64,000 nucleotides of DNA from Podarcis bocagei (lineage: Eukaryota), in NCBI GenBank assembly GCA_964188305.1, contig OZ076901.1; one strand, written 5' to 3'. Shown here piece after piece: positions 34,657-48,398 of the stretch. Numbering within the stretch: position 1 is the first letter of the stretch; each line of letters begins with the position of its first letter. The notes beneath the pieces are model-generated. The model had not been told where the DNA came from and ran no database searches. It was given only the letters and a program-made list of their open reading frames with translations. Position numbers and translations under genes: made by a program.

Positions 34657-36729
34657 TTCTAGAATACAACAGGATATAAGAGGCGAGGCAATTTCTGCAA
34701 TGGGTCAGGCCCCACAAGAAACCGCCATATTCTGTGTGAAGCATGAACATATGCCAAAAGAGCTTGGGAGCTGGGGAGGGGGAGTGGAATTCCAAGTAAC
34801 ATTCCCAAATAATGGAGTCAGCATATTGCTTGCTTCCAGAATCCTCAGCTCCTGATTACCAGAGTTATGGCATACTTTAGGTCAGGAAAAGAGAGGGGGG
34901 GAATGTTGCCAATTATAACAGCAGAGGGAACTGCAGGAGGCAAATTGTAATTACCCACCCTGGAAACGGGCCAGGCTCTGTGGGCCAATCACTCTAACTC
35001 TTGTGAAATGTGCCATGCAGTTTTTAATGAGATCACATGACCAGGGATTCCATTTACTTCTCTTTCAAAGGGTATTTTTGGTGGCACTGTCTCTCTTTGC
35101 CCCATATATCAGAAACCCAGGGACTGGCACAGTTGCTAGGGAAAGGCAAGCAGTTTTTCCTGCCTATATCTTCCTGGGCTAAGAGGCATTCTGCCTCCAT
35201 TCCTTACCTTCTCACAAGCTGATGTGCAGAATGTGATGTGTATGTAGAATGATACTGCCTTAGGTTAGGGGAATAGAAAGAGCTGTTCTATAGGAAGAGC
35301 AGCTGTACACCTGTGGGCCTGGTTAGGTGATATGTTAGCTCCTTCTCTGTTTTGAGTTACAGTCGGCTGCCTTGGAGCATCCTATATAAAACGTCTTATT
35401 CTTTCCCTCTAATATGCTTGGGTCCAGGGATTGTCACAAGAAGGACCTCTGTCTACCAATCAACATAGGCTCCTTTTTTAAAATAAAATAAAATAGGGGA
35501 GGCGCAAGTCATGCATTTCTTGAATTAACAAGAGTTCTAACAAAAGTTGAGAATCCCTGACTCCACCAGACTTTCTGAAATATCTGTATGCATGGGAGGT
35601 ACACAGAGATGGGGTTGAAACGAGCCATACTATTTTCACTGCGCGTAACAGCACACCTCCTAGGATTATTATTATTATTTTAAGCACACCACCGCAATCC
35701 AAATCAGTGGGCGTTTTAAGTCTGAATGAATGTAAATGAACTGACATGCAAAAATGATGAATGCCTGTTATTCCATCTCCCTTGTCTCCCTTTCCCAAAC
35801 AGAACGTGAGTGGCAGAAAGCCCAGGAGAACTATGTGCTTTCACTCTTGTATTTAACAACTTGCTTGGCAGCTGCGGGAGGTAATGAAGAATTCCATGCA
35901 AGAGGGAGTAAGTGGCGGAGGAGGAACAGATCTCTCCACCTCTCTTCCACCTGTCTACTTGGTCTCTGTACTAGCTGCAGAGAAAGGGAAGCTGCATCCC
36001 TCCTCTGCCAGCCCGCATGGTAGAAGGTATTTTTAATTTTTTTTTTACAAGCCCCTTAACAGAGTAAGATGCCGCATTTCTGTTACTTGCTGTAGAAAAG
36101 AGGGTGTCTTCTCCTCCACGGCTAGCATGGAAACACATTTAAAATACATGGCTCCCTGCCCCCACAAAGAACCCTGAGAACCGTAGCTCTGCAAGGGGTA
36201 AGCTACAGTTCTCAGGATCACCTGGAGGAAGCCATGTGTTTTAAATGTATGGTGTGCATGTGACCTAGCTCCTTAGGTAGTAAAAAAAAAAAAAGTGTGC
36301 TTGTTACCTTTCTGTGAAATCATTAACAGGCTAGTGTATGTCTTCTTTTTCTATTCTCTGGTGGCCATTATGAATGACCTATAAGTTTCTGTGGTGCACA
36401 GCTGTCTTGCACGTTTCTTCCCATATTAATGAGAGGGTTGCAAAAAAAAAAAAAGCAGATCAGGAGATAATTTTGTTGGTTTCTTGTTGAAAAATGCATA
36501 TCTGTTTTTAGCAATTGGAATGCTGTAACTAGCTATATGATTTATTTGTGTATCCAGTTTTAATGTTCCAAGACTATGCTAAATAATTCATCAATTAATT
36601 ATTTAATCTGGTGTGGGGTCTATACAGAGTCTGTCTGCAACAGAAGCTCCAGCAAAAGAAGAAGAGATTGGATACAAATTCTACCTTTGCAGTAGAAATA
36701 CCATGGCATGGGACACCATTTTGAGGATA

Positions 36730-37436
36730 CAGTGGTACCCCGCAAGACGAATGCCTCGCAAGACGGAAAACCCGCAAGACGAAAGGGTTTTCTGTTTTGG
36801 AGGCGCTTCGCAAGACGAATTTCCCTATGGGCTTGCTTCGCAAGACGAAAGCCCATAGGGAAATCTCCGGGGACCTGTTTTAAATTGCTGGCGGTCGGGA
36901 GCAAAGACTTTCGCCCACAGCCGGCCTTCAGAAGAGGTCCTGGACCTCTTCTGAAGGCCGGCGGGGGGCAAAAGTCTTTGCTCCCCGCCGCCTGCCTTCC
37001 CGGGACAGCGGAGACTTCTCCGCTGCCCCGGGCAATCTTAAAATGCTGGCGGGCGGGAGCGAAGCGTTCGCTCCCGCCCGCCAGCATTTTAAAATCTCCC
37101 CGGGACAGCGGAGGATTCGCTCCCGCCCGCCAGCATTTTAAAATCGCCCCGGGACAGCAGGGGCTTTTAAAATGCTGGCGGTCGGCAGCAAAGCCCTCCT
37201 GTCCCCGGAGCTTGCGGGGTGGGAGGTGGGAAGAAGGGCTTTTCTTCCCACCGCCAGCCTTCAGAAGAGGTCGGGGGACAGACTGTCCCCGGACCTGGTC
37301 TGAAGGCGGTTTCCCTAGGAACGCATTAATTGATTTTCAATGCATTCCTATGGGAAACCGTGCTTCGCAAGACGAAAAACTCGCAAGAAGAAAAAACTTG
37401 CGGAACGAATTAATTTCGTCTTGCGAGGCACCACTG
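36730..37436. mobile_element. pogo/Tigger-like MITE, related to 30727-31072, opposite orientation, longer GC-rich interior
   Basis: TA TSD, CAGTGGT...ACCACTG TIRs, CGCAAGACGAA subterminal repeats. Confidence 0.88.
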
Positions 37437-39153
37437 TACTGCTTTTAGGGTGAGGAATACAAAGGTGAAATCACATCTATGTGCAACAGCAGAAGTGACA
37501 AAATACACTGTGTGGGTCACGTCATGCTGTTCTGATGTGCAGATGACCTCCCGATTTGCATTATTGTGTTCACAGCTGTAGCCCTATAGGCCTGGCAGAG
37601 AAACAAGGAATGGATTCTGCTGCCTAAGCTGCAGAGGCACACATGGCACTCGTTTTAGACTTCTTGGTTGGGTCTGAGTAAAAATAAGCCATAATTACAG
37701 TCAAGCTCCACTTCCTGCAAGGTCCTTTTCCCAGGGGCCTCCGTCTCAACTACTGCCAAGGCTCAGACCTCAATTAGCTTGTGAGGTTCTCCAACAGCCA
37801 TGATAGCATGGATTTTTATAGCGCGGTGCAAGTACTTTGCCCTGAGTTTCAGTTCCAAGGGAGAGCACCCGCTATGTGGACTGTGGAGAGCTCTTACTTT
37901 TCCACCACAGGGGAGTTGTGGGAGGAAGAGGTTTTCCACAAACTAACTACGTGCTGAACTGCACCAAATGTGAAAATCCAGAGGGGTCCATGGGGTTTGA
38001 GGATGGAGAAACAAGAGAATGAAAAGCCTGGGGTGATGCCAAACAATAGATGAGGCATCATGGTAGAAAAAAACAGCTGTAAACCACAGTTCCTTTCAGT
38101 CAAAGAAAGTGAGATTTCTTGCTGTCTCTCTCTCTCTCTGTCTGTCTGTCTCTTTGCAACTGACTCCACGACTTAAATCAGCTTCACTCTGCCCAGCTGG
38201 CCCACAAAAGGTCCCTGATACAGGCTATCAGGCTTTCTCCACCATGCCGTCAAAGGTTCCTTCCTTTTCTTGTGTCTCCCACAGAAAGAAAGCCGCTTGT
38301 AAGCACCGACATTTTACTGTGCCCTGCAAAATTTTGCACCCAAAGAGAAAATGCATGTAATAGAAATCCAGAGGCAAGCGGAAAAAAGCCCAGCAAGCAG
38401 AAAATAGGACGCAAATTGGCAGATGCAGGCAAACTGATTAACACACAACGCTCTGAGTTCAGAGGGTATGCTTTCTGATTGTGCAATTGTGGAGGGTATC
38501 AACAGTGACTGAAGAGCAATGGCCATCACAGACAAAGCACTTGGAAGGAATTTGGGGGGGCAATTAAGAGAACATATTTGGGAGGTGGGGAAGGCATTTG
38601 GTAGTCTTATGATAAAATTCTGAGAGAATTGCTAAATTCTAATGAACATGAGCACAGAATCTCTCAATTCTAAATCCAGAGAAACAGTATAAAAGTTAGT
38701 GCAATTTAAACAGTGTGCTGCTGCTGCTGTGTGTGTGTGTGTATAGTAAGAAATATTTCTAGCACAAACTGAGGAGGTAAAGGGCAAGGAGCAATATACT
38801 TGGGGAATCTGTGCGGCACAGGGCTAAAAGCTATGGGAGAAGGCAAAGAGCTAGACTGTGCATGAAAGCACCACAACATAACTACTCAAAAGCATTGGGA
38901 ATGCTTTTGCTTTAGGGCCTTCAACAAGCAGTGCCTGCTCTCCAATACATACATATTCATGAAGTCTAGATGAAACAAAACTTGAGATTCTAAAGGAGCT
39001 AAATTCTGCATCAGACTGAAGATTCCATGCAGCTCATCATGCACATGGAAAATAGCCTTACTTGTTTTTTAAAAACCATTACAGGACCAGCTTCTACAAA
39101 GGGTAGATTTGGAAAAGCATGGAGGTAGGAGCTGCAAGGAGCAAATTTAGTAC

Positions 39154-39261
39154 CTGGAGGAGTGGGACTCGGAAGGCACACTTTGCTGCCCCTCGTATTG
39201 CTGTACCAGTGCTCGGACACTCCAGTACGGATGCTCAATCTCTTCATCCATGCTGCTGTCT
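39154..39261 (-). CDS. DIXDC1: DIXDC1 exon 5 (DSSMDEEIEHPYWSVRALVQQYEGQQSVPSESHSS)
   Basis: cag/gt, 108 nt, phase 2 to 2. Confidence 0.95.
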
Positions 39262-39308
39262 CTGAAGATTAAAGACCACACCATGAGCAAGGAAAAACAG
39301 TGTAAAAT

Positions 39309-39355
<47 letters not shown>

Positions 39356-39356
39356 C
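39309..39356. repeat. (AAC)n microsatellite
   Basis: Direct reading. Confidence 0.95.
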
Positions 39357-40164
39357 CCCCCTTGGCTTCAATTTAGGCTAATGAGGCATATTCATAGGAT
39401 TTGGTTGGCACTGCCTCCTTAATGAAATGATTTTAGAATGTTGTATCATTTTACTGTTGTTAGCCACTCTGAGCCCGGCTTTGGCTGGGGAGGGGGGATA
39501 TAAATATTATTATTATCCAGTTTTTAAAAGGCACATCATCACTCCTTGCATATAATTGGTTTAAAGATGTGAATTAAAAAAAAACAACTGTTGTACCATC
39601 AGCTACACAAGACAAAGCAAACTAAACAAATGTTGCAGAAAAATGGCAAAGTGGCAACTGTGGATCCAAAGAGAGAAGTAGATAGGTTAATGGTATGAAT
39701 GGAAGGGGCCAGGTCTGCAATCCCACCGGCCTGTGGAAATACAAGTCTTTAAGGCTTTTGTTAATCTCTTCTCACCAGCCTACAATTCCATTCGCTCCTT
39801 TTAGCAGCTCCTGATGTTACATTTTTCCGTCACAAGTGTACCTGAACAATCCATACCAGCACACTACTAGAAAATGGCAGTTGCATTGCAGAAAGGTGTT
39901 GGCAAAGCATATAACCCCCAGGTATCTCAAGAATGGGAGCCAAGTCACCTGCTACAAAAAAGGCAAAAAAAAAAAAGCCTTCCCCACCCAAACAAAAACA
40001 AGATGATGAGTCAATCCACTCTAGGGAAAACCCCTTTTTGATCAATTCTAGATACGTCAATGAGGCAGAAACTTGAATATCGGCAAAACTAATCAAAAGG
40101 TGTTTGTTGGAGTTCCAAATAGCTCACATGATCAAAATGAAACTGAACAAGTGAAATGAGTTAC

Positions 40165-40423
40165 CTCTGTCTGTGCCGGAGAACATCACGCCCCAAACGC
40201 AAAACATCCTGGCGAACATCTGCCAGGGCAGCCACTGCACCCTGGGCAACAGCAGCAGCTGACTGAGGCCTGTGATTGGCTGATGACAGTCCTGTTCCTG
40301 CCGAGTTCTTTCCCATCATGCTCGATGGAGTCTGATTGGCAGCTTTACTTGAGCCAGGTTTAAAATGAGCAGCTAAGGCAAGGATTAACCTCATGATGCA
40401 TTTCAGGTTCCCATCAACAATGT
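40165..40423 (-). CDS. DIXDC1: DIXDC1 exon 4 (DIVDGNLKCIMRLILALAAHFKPG...GRDVLRHRQR)
   Basis: tag/gtaa, 259 nt, phase 1 to 2; end of CH domain. Confidence 0.95.
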
Positions 40424-42470
40424 CTATAAAATACAACCAAACCCAAACAATGAGGTTATTTGCCTGAAACCCAGCATGACTCAGTCTGGACAATTGTTGC
40501 AACCATATTAGTATATTTATATCCCAACTTTCTTGCACCATGAAAGTCAAGGCAGTGTATATGGGATTCCCAGGCTCCAACCATATCTAACCTGCTTAGC
40601 TTCAGAAAGGTGGCTGCACCATGAGTCTTCAAGTCCATGGCCTGCCTTCCTTATCCACTGGCAGGTGTAGTTCAACTTATACAGAGCCCTGATGCTGTTA
40701 TGATATGCATTTCTTGCTCCCAAGACCACCTCTCCCCATATGAACCAACCCGGACTCTGTGCAGTGTTAGAAACTGTGTTGTGAAAGCTAGGAGCTAAAT
40801 GACACCTTAAACCTAGGTTGTGGGCGCACGGAATTATTATTATTAAGGGAAGTTTTTAATATTTAATGCTGTATTGTTTTTAACACTCGACTGGGAGCCG
40901 CCCAGAGTGTCTGGGGAAACTCAGCCAGATGGGCGGGGTATAAATAATAAATTATTATTAATCATTATTATTATGTCCAAGCATGCTTTTTTTATAACAA
41001 GAACGCAAAGCTGACAATGAATGAACCGCAGCTAAAACATTCTGTTCATTTTTCACACTGTCTAGTCCTTCCCGTGCCCACCCCCCTAATATTCTTAAGA
41101 GGGTCTCTTCTCCAGTCTTCAGATTGTAGCTGGAAGTGGGGAGGTAGAAAAAGGTCCTCCTTTCCTTCCACTCTGCAGTTTTAATCTGAAATCTTAGGCG
41201 CAGTACTGCGCCCAGAGCTCAGAAACGAATTCCCTGTTGCAAAATGCACCTAGAACAATGAGTGTTTTGAACACAAGTGGTCCAGAGTGCAGCAACATGA
41301 GAACAAGCTTTTTCTGCAATGGCTCCCCGCTTTTGGAATACTCTCCCCAGTAAGGCTCGCCTGACACCTTCATTGCATATCATTAGGCGCCAGGCAAAAA
41401 CATTCCTCTTCTCCCAGGCCTCTGGCTAATTAAACAATCTATGGCCTTTTAAACTGGGGGGTGGGTGTTCGTTTGTTATTATGCTAAGTATGTGTTTTTA
41501 TACTGTAAACTGCCCTATGAACCTCAGATGAAAGGCGGTATTTAAATTTGATAAAATAATGAATAAATAAAAATGCATAATATTGTCTGGAAGACCCAGC
41601 TGAAGCAGAGAGGGTTTAAGGGAATCCAGCTTGCAGCTGCCACTTTTGGTAGCTACACCCATTACAACTTTTGAGAATGTAGCTGAATAAGTGACTCAAA
41701 AGAAAATCAATTACTGCCACCTACAGATCAGGCCTTTAACTGCATGGCACACTTCCAGGTTTGCTGGATGGGAAACTATCTCATCATAATTATGGGGACA
41801 CTTTCCAGGAAGCAAGCCCAATTAAGGCCTAACTATACATTCAGAGCTATCACATTTTATTTTAAGCAGGTGTCTGCCCTGTTCACATATAAAACTGGGA
41901 GGGGAGGGGAGTCTACTTCTAACTCAAAAAGAAGCAGCAAAATCTAACCCACAGGTTATCACACATCCCTAAGTAAATTTTAAGCAATGCATTGAAACGG
42001 GAAGTTGCAACTAACTTGTTGCAGGCAATCTAGATTTCTTCCTTCAAGCTAGGGCTTGCTTTTGTTGCACTGGTTTTTCTTTTCTTTTTTTCTTATTAAC
42101 ATTTTATTGTCTTCAGAAAACAGTACATACCACATACAAAGCTAGGAAACGATTTTCTAAGTTACGAAGCATCGTACTTTTAAAGCACAGATATCTGGAT
42201 GTGGGGGAAATGCACCTTGCTAAGGCATGCTTTTATACTGTTTTTTATGCTGCTTCTACAATTGTTTTAAATTTGTTGTTAGCTGCCCTGAGCCTGGTTT
42301 TCTGAACCAGGAAGGGTGGGGTATAAATAAAAAAAAATTATTTATTATTATTTTATAAGTGTCACAGGCACCACCTAACTGAAACTCTTGTGAGAAAACT
42401 TCTGGTCCCATGCTCACACCATTTGGGGATTTATTTAGTTTTATTGATTTATAAACCACTGTCGTCGTCC

Positions 42471-42501
<31 letters not shown>

Positions 42502-42791
42502 AACACTACAATCCTCTAGAAGAATGTGGCTGGGGGTAAGTGTTCGTTGAATGTTTAGATAAACCCAAGGGAAACAAACTGCAGAATCCCTTTAAAAAAA
42601 TCTAACTGACACTGTCTGTGTAAATTAGCAATGCTGCTGGTTTTCAAGAACCAGCATTAATGTAACAGGTGAACCTCCTGGGAATGGTTTAAATATTAAC
42701 AAATCAGTCTGCATTTCGGATGCCGTACCTCCAGCTGTGCAGTCTTCCTCCTAAGTGCAGCCAGCACTCTTCACAAACCCATCCCTGCCAG

Positions 42792-43382
42792 TTGCAGATA
42801 GGTAGCCGTGTTGGTCTGCCATAGTCAAAATAAAAAAATTCCTTCCAGTAGCACCTTAAAGACCAACTAAGTTAGTTCTTGGTATGAGCTTTCGTGTGCA
42901 TGCACACTTCTTCAGATACTCCTAGGAGAACACTTCAATCTCCCAGGACATTCTATACAAGATCTCAAAGTAGCTGTTTTACTACAAAGGAATTTCAGAA
43001 ATAGACTGGAAAGAGAAGCTGCTGAATTGCAACTCATTACCAAACTTAAAACCATGGAGAGACCTGGTCTGAACAGAGACATTGGATTCTTATCTCATTA
43101 TACATGACTAAGCCATTTCTCACCTTCTCACCCCTTGCCTTTTCCTGTAAGACCTATTACAGTCGTTAAGAGTCGTCAACAGGCTCATCTCGGCTATCTG
43201 CCAATCTCCCATTCCCACCACCCTTCTGAGTAATACCCCTCCCCACCTTCTCACTATATAGAAGGATCTGGCAACTTCTGTTTCAGTGTATCTGAAGAAG
43301 TGTGCATGCACACAAAAGCTCATACCAAGAACTAACTTAGTTGGTCTTTAAGGTGCTACTGGAAGGAATTTTTTTATTTTGT
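42792..43382 (+). mobile_element. 5'-truncated Penelope-like element: inverted pLTR fragment + GIY-YIG C-terminal remnant + 3' pLTR
   Basis: 42925-43107 translates to GEHFNLPGHS...REAAELQLITKLKT...GLNRD, a Penelope endonuclease tail; ~95-nt inverted repeat at both ends; flanking CCATCCCTGCCAG/CCATTCCTGCCAG TSD-like repeat. Confidence 0.85.
42882..42919 (-). ncRNA. Minimal type I hammerhead ribozyme motif (Penelope-derived)
   Basis: Minus strand reads GUAU-CUGAAGA-A-GUGUGCAUGCACAC-GAAA-GC-UC-AUAC. Confidence 0.7.
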
Positions 43383-44221
43383 CCATTCCTGCCAGGTTGT
43401 GATTGTGCTCATGACAAAATTGCCAGAATACAATGGTAGCACTTCTATCCAAGCTCCTGAATAACTTATTCTATACTATTTCAGGGGTGGAAATATCCCA
43501 AGCCCCAGCCCTACCTCTATCCTGCTATCGTCTGGTCTTCATTGAAGTATGATGGTGCACCCAATTTCCTGAAAAAGTAGCTGAGCTGGGTTAAGCACAA
43601 GGAGTTTTTACCATGAAAACCCTATTTATCGTTTCCCAGGATTCCACCTAAAATTGTAGGAAACCCAATCTTGGTTAAAAAGAACAGACAGATGGTTTCC
43701 CAGGGTGCCATAAAAATCAGAGGCCTGATGCAGCTTACATAAAAGCTGGTACAAACTCTTGGGTAACATCTCACGGCTTCTCAAGAATGCTGCCGTTGTC
43801 ACAGAGAGTCCACTGTTTCCCCCCGTATGTACAGAGGGTTCCCAGCTGACATCTGCAGCCTGCAGGGCTGTGCTCTTCTGCTCCTGGAAACAACAGAAGC
43901 CACTGTGCCCCTTGTCACCCACACCCAGTGCCTCAAGGTAAGCAGTATTTCCAACGAGAGCACTCTGAAGCTCACAAGACTGGGAGAACGTTTCTCCCGA
44001 TTCATGTGATGTTTGTGACTCATGTTGATGCCAGAGGAAGACAGAACAGCATCTGGCTTTGCCTTTTATATTTCTTTTCCACTGAATGTTTTGTTGTACT
44101 CAGCAATGGAAATGCTGGCAAACAAGGCTTGCAAAAAGCAAAGAGGGAGGTGAATGCTTGCTTCTACTGACGTGCAATGCTATTTCATTGATCTGTATAC
44201 ATCAAACCAAGGAGCCCTCAC

Positions 44222-44347
44222 CTTTAGCTGATGTCTGGTGCATACGAATCTTTTTGGATGCCACGAATTGCAAGACTTTCTCCACATTCTCCCTCATTTC
44301 TTGAGGGCTGGCGGGGTTGACCTGCACTCCATTCAGTTTCTCTCCAG
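44222..44347 (-). CDS. DIXDC1: DIXDC1 exon 3 (GEKLNGVQVNPASPQEMRENVEKVLQFVASKKIRMHQTSAK)
   Basis: cag/gtgag, 126 nt, phase 1 to 1; CH domain. Confidence 0.95.
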
Positions 44348-44875
44348 CTGTGGAAGAGACACAACCTAATTATCAAGAAGAATGAGCTTGTGTGACAGTA
44401 ACTGCCTACTGGAGCTGTTACAGGTGGAGGGGAATAGTTGTTAGCCTCAGCAGCTGCTTCTCCTCGGAGGCAGAGGGGAGTACAAGCTGTGATTTCACCA
44501 TCCTCTTAGGGCACTGGAATGCTAGAATAGACAGAGCTCATGCACTTAAATGAGCTGGCAAAGAGGGATCTTTCATTATCTGCTGTATCAGCTGGATTCA
44601 GCCATGTCCTCCTGCTGGCAGGCTCCACCATGTGGCCTTTGAAAAGAGTGGCATTATCCCAACAATCGTTATGGCAAACCCTACTATTTCCTCCTTATAA
44701 ATAAATAGTGGTATCTCAGCAAAGAAATTAGTACCCAAGGAAGCCCTGTGAAAAAAATAAAATCACAGTTTAGACATACTCTCATTGTCTGCCAAGGATA
44801 CCTACCATGAATAAGGCATTGGTCAAACATGGCCTTCAGGGCAAAAAGAGGTATTATTTTCGTTCCACTCCAGTA

Positions 44876-45101
44876 CAGCGGTACCTTGGGTTACAAACAC
44901 TTCGGGTTACAGACTCCGCTAACGCAGAAGTAGTACCTCAGGTTAAGAACTTTACCTCAGGATGAGAACAGAAATTGTTCACTGGTGGGGCAGCGGCAGC
45001 GGGAGGCCCCATTAGCTAAAGTGGTACCTCAGGTTAAGAATGGTTTCAGGTTAAGAACGGACCTCTGGAACGAATTAAGTTCGTAACCAGAGGTACCACT
45101 G
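44876..45101. mobile_element. pogo/Tigger-like MITE
   Basis: TA TSD, CAGCGGTACC...GGTACCACTG TIRs; one-ended fragment of the same family at 47479-47555. Confidence 0.8.
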
Positions 45102-46642
45102 TACTGATTAGAACTTAGGTTTGCTTTGGGGGGGGGACTAGCACTTCTACAGCCCAATCCTGTGTGACCCAAAGAGAGGTAGAAGAGAGACCTAGAACTG
45201 GGAGCTGATGGGACCATCAACAGCCTAAGAGCTTCCCCCACCTTCTGAAGGGCTACTTAAGACACAAACACCCTGATGAGAGGCAGATTAAAAGAAATAC
45301 AAGGTAGGGAATTCCTGCCATCCTGAGAGCCCCATTTCTCATCTTTTAAAAAAGTATACTACATTTCAAGCCATCTTGGCAGAAAGGTGATATACAAAGG
45401 GAATCAATCAGTAACTCCTACCCATGTTTACTTAGAAGCAAGCCGCACTGAGTGCCAGGGTAAGTAATAGGATGGCAGCAAACTTAAAACTTTTTTGTTG
45501 CTACTAATGCTGCCTTTATTCTCCTAAAAACATTTTTAAATGCTACTGCTGGTGTATACAACCATTGCTTGTTGCTGGTGCTTTACCTAAATTTATCAAA
45601 GCCATAGAGCTGTTTGGGAAACTTATTTTCAGCAGGGGCTGGGGCGAGTCTGCTTTGTGGCTGACTTGTGCAAAACCTCTCCCTTTCCATCATTGACTTC
45701 TTTCAGCCGCCTGGACGCTGACTAAGGATTTGTATTGAAAGCTTTGTTTGTACCATGATTTGGAACAGCCAAAAAAGTTCCAAACAATCTTTACAACAGG
45801 TTAGAAAGGCAGCCTTAAAATAAATTCCTGCTGTTTTTCTACTCCACCATAAGCAGATGCATATAGCTCATTGCTGTGCCATTTTGTGGGTACTCATTTA
45901 CCACCCCCTACTAATGAAATCCCATTCTGTCTCATCAATATATGCAACTCCTACTCTGCTTTGTAAACGACAAGAAAAGGGATCAAATTTTATTTAAGTT
46001 TCTACAGTCCTAGCAGTATGAATGGCTCTTCCTAAATGCGGGCACTGCTGCTTTTAAATAATAAGAATAATAGATCTAGGAGTAAAGGAAATCCTTTCAT
46101 CGCTTCCCTAAAACGGTTCTTGGCTCAGGTTGTCAGTCATGAAAAACATTCTGGCATCTATTGGGACATATATGGAAGTAAGGAACGTTTGCTTCTGGGA
46201 TTCACAGGTTGTTCTCTTCTGAAATGGGATCGTGGAGACCTGGTTGCAAACATCTTGAGCCTACGTGAAACTAAAGAAGCCCTACCTACCCACCCTTCCT
46301 GTTTTGTTCCGCCATTCCCACCAGCAGTTTAAAGATTTATCCTTAGCAGTCCAAGCATAACAGGTACCGGGGAGCTCCTCTCAAGGGACAGTGCAATGGA
46401 AGTGCAGGCAAACAAACTGGAGCAATATTAGATAAATTTCTGGTGAAGTGCTATCATGGATTTATTATTTTATGTTATTTTACTTTGGAGACAGAAGGCA
46501 TGAACATAGTCTTTCTTCACAGCACACTTCAGCCATTGTGCATCACTCTAGAGTAGCTTCATTCAAGTTATGGAGGAGGGTGCAGTTGAAAACAGCCCTG
46601 ACATGTTTACAATGAGTGTCTTCTGCCCGCCATGCTACTGAC

Positions 46643-46772
46643 CTACGATCTCAATGAGCGAAGCCAGGACAACGCCATCTCGGAGATCATGCCTCAGGTC
46701 CTGCACTGGCTTAACTGCCGGCTTCTTCTTCAGCTGTGAATTCACCCAGGCCACATATGCTTGCAGCTGTTG
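46643..46772 (-). CDS. DIXDC1: DIXDC1 exon 2 (QQLQAYVAWVNSQLKKKPAVKPVQDLRHDLRDGVVLASLIEIV)
   Basis: ttccag/gtcag, 130 nt, phase 0 to 1; CH domain start. Confidence 0.95.
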
Positions 46773-47375
46773 CTGGAAAAGAGGAAGCAGTACACCACAC
46801 CATGACCATCTTAACAATTGCTTGAGAACCTTTGCACAACTGCATCCTTGCATGTGGGGGGGGGGGAGTAACAAGGCAGCAATCTGAAACACCATGTCCA
46901 TCCTGACATACGCAATGAACTGCACATGCAAGGGCTCACCCACTGACTTTACACTCAGGTGTTCAGCAGTTCACAAGAAATGAAGAGGAGACCAAGGAGC
47001 TACCCCCTTCTGCTGAAGTAATCTGAAAAAACTTATGCACCGAGGAGGTTCAACACACACACACTGTAACTCTTGTGCACACTGGATCCCAGATGGAGCT
47101 AAGACCTCACTTTCAAACACCATGGACGGAGACTTTTATCTGAATTGCAGGTAAAACCACAGAACACTGTTTCTCATGGTGTACACACAGTTCCATTGTT
47201 GCCTCTACAAAAAAAAAACAAAACAACCCTATAAACAGACACCATAATGGAATAAATATTGATGCCACCTCTTTTATACATTTTGGAGGGTATAAAAGAG
47301 GATCAAATTTATGTTGGAAATGTTCAGATACAGAGAGAACTTTAATTCACATGTGGTGGCAATGCAAATTCACCC

Positions 47376-47378
<3 letters not shown>

Positions 47379-47423
<45 letters not shown>
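47379..47423. repeat. (TA)n microsatellite
   Basis: Direct reading. Confidence 0.95.
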
Positions 47424-47425
<2 letters not shown>

Positions 47426-47799
47426 GAAATGATGTATGATGAATTTAAAAAGATGCTTAAGTGCACTTTCCCCAAAAACCCATTAGCTAAAGTGGTGCTT
47501 CAGGTTAAGAACGGACCTCCGGAACAAATTAAGTTCTTAACCCGAGGTACCACTGTATGACAGCCAAAGTAAGAAATGTAGATGGAAAGATAGTAACAAG
47601 CAAGGGGGAACAATCTGAAGTGTGTTTGAAATGAAGTGGTATTAAGATAAATCTACAAGCAGGGATAAATCTGTGATCAGCAGAAGACAAAATAAAGGAT
47701 CATGAATGGAAGGAGAAAAGAATCGATAATCAATGGAGATGTAGCAAACTAAAGAATGTGAAATAGGATGTCAACGAAAGAAATGTTGGGAAGCCTGTA

Positions 47800-47975
47800 C
47801 AGTCGTACCTTGGTTCTCGAACAAAATCCGTTCCGGAAGTCCATTCGGCTTCCAAAAACGTTCGGAAACCAAGGCACGGCTTCTGATTGGCTGCAGGAGC
47901 TTCCTGCAGCTTCCTACAGCCAATCAGAAGCTGTGTCGGACATTTGGCTTCCAAAAAACGTTCGCAAACCGGCGT
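47800..47975. mobile_element. Tigger-like MITE fragment (one end)
   Basis: TA-CAGTCGTACCTTGG start and internal palindrome; right boundary approximate. Confidence 0.55.
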
Positions 47976-48364
47976 TTGGGAGCCAAAACATGCAAGTCAC
48001 AAGACGTTCGAGACTGGTCCTGGAATGCGTCTTGTTCTGAAATGTGTATTTAAGGACTTCCTACTCCCCATTGAACCCACCTGTGTGTTGAGATTTCCTC
48101 AGAAACTTTGCTTCACATGTCCTGCAGCATGCTCTGCAGCAAGTGAGAACATGAGACAGGGCCTTCTGTGAAACTCTCTCCCTAAGGATTCTGGACTCAC
48201 TTCTTCCTTCCTTGTTCTTGGGTGCCAGACCAAGGTGGCTCTCCTCCCTGCACCCCCAGGCTTCTTCTCATCTAATCACTTTGGTTGCTACCTAAATGTA
48301 GGGCATTTTAAAAATCTGACTTGCTTTTGTGTATTCTGACAGGTAACAAATATCAGGGGGGGGG

Positions 48365-48398
<34 letters not shown>

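Larger units (their letters stand above)
1179..46772 (-). other. DIXDC1: DIXDC1 gene span, coding exons 2-20 (CH domain, coiled coil, C-terminal DIX domain); long-isoform exon 1 not located in window
   Basis: 19 exons with AG/GT boundaries and compatible phases sum to 2022 nt (673 aa + stop). Peptides QQLQAYVAWVNSQLKK, DIVDGNLKCIMRLILALAAHFKP and [16 protein letters not shown]...[15 protein letters not shown] match DIXDC1 as I recall it. Confidence 0.97.

Noticed and set aside
36708-37448. 246-aa ORF
   Set aside because: Coincides with a GC-rich repetitive MITE; no transposase motifs
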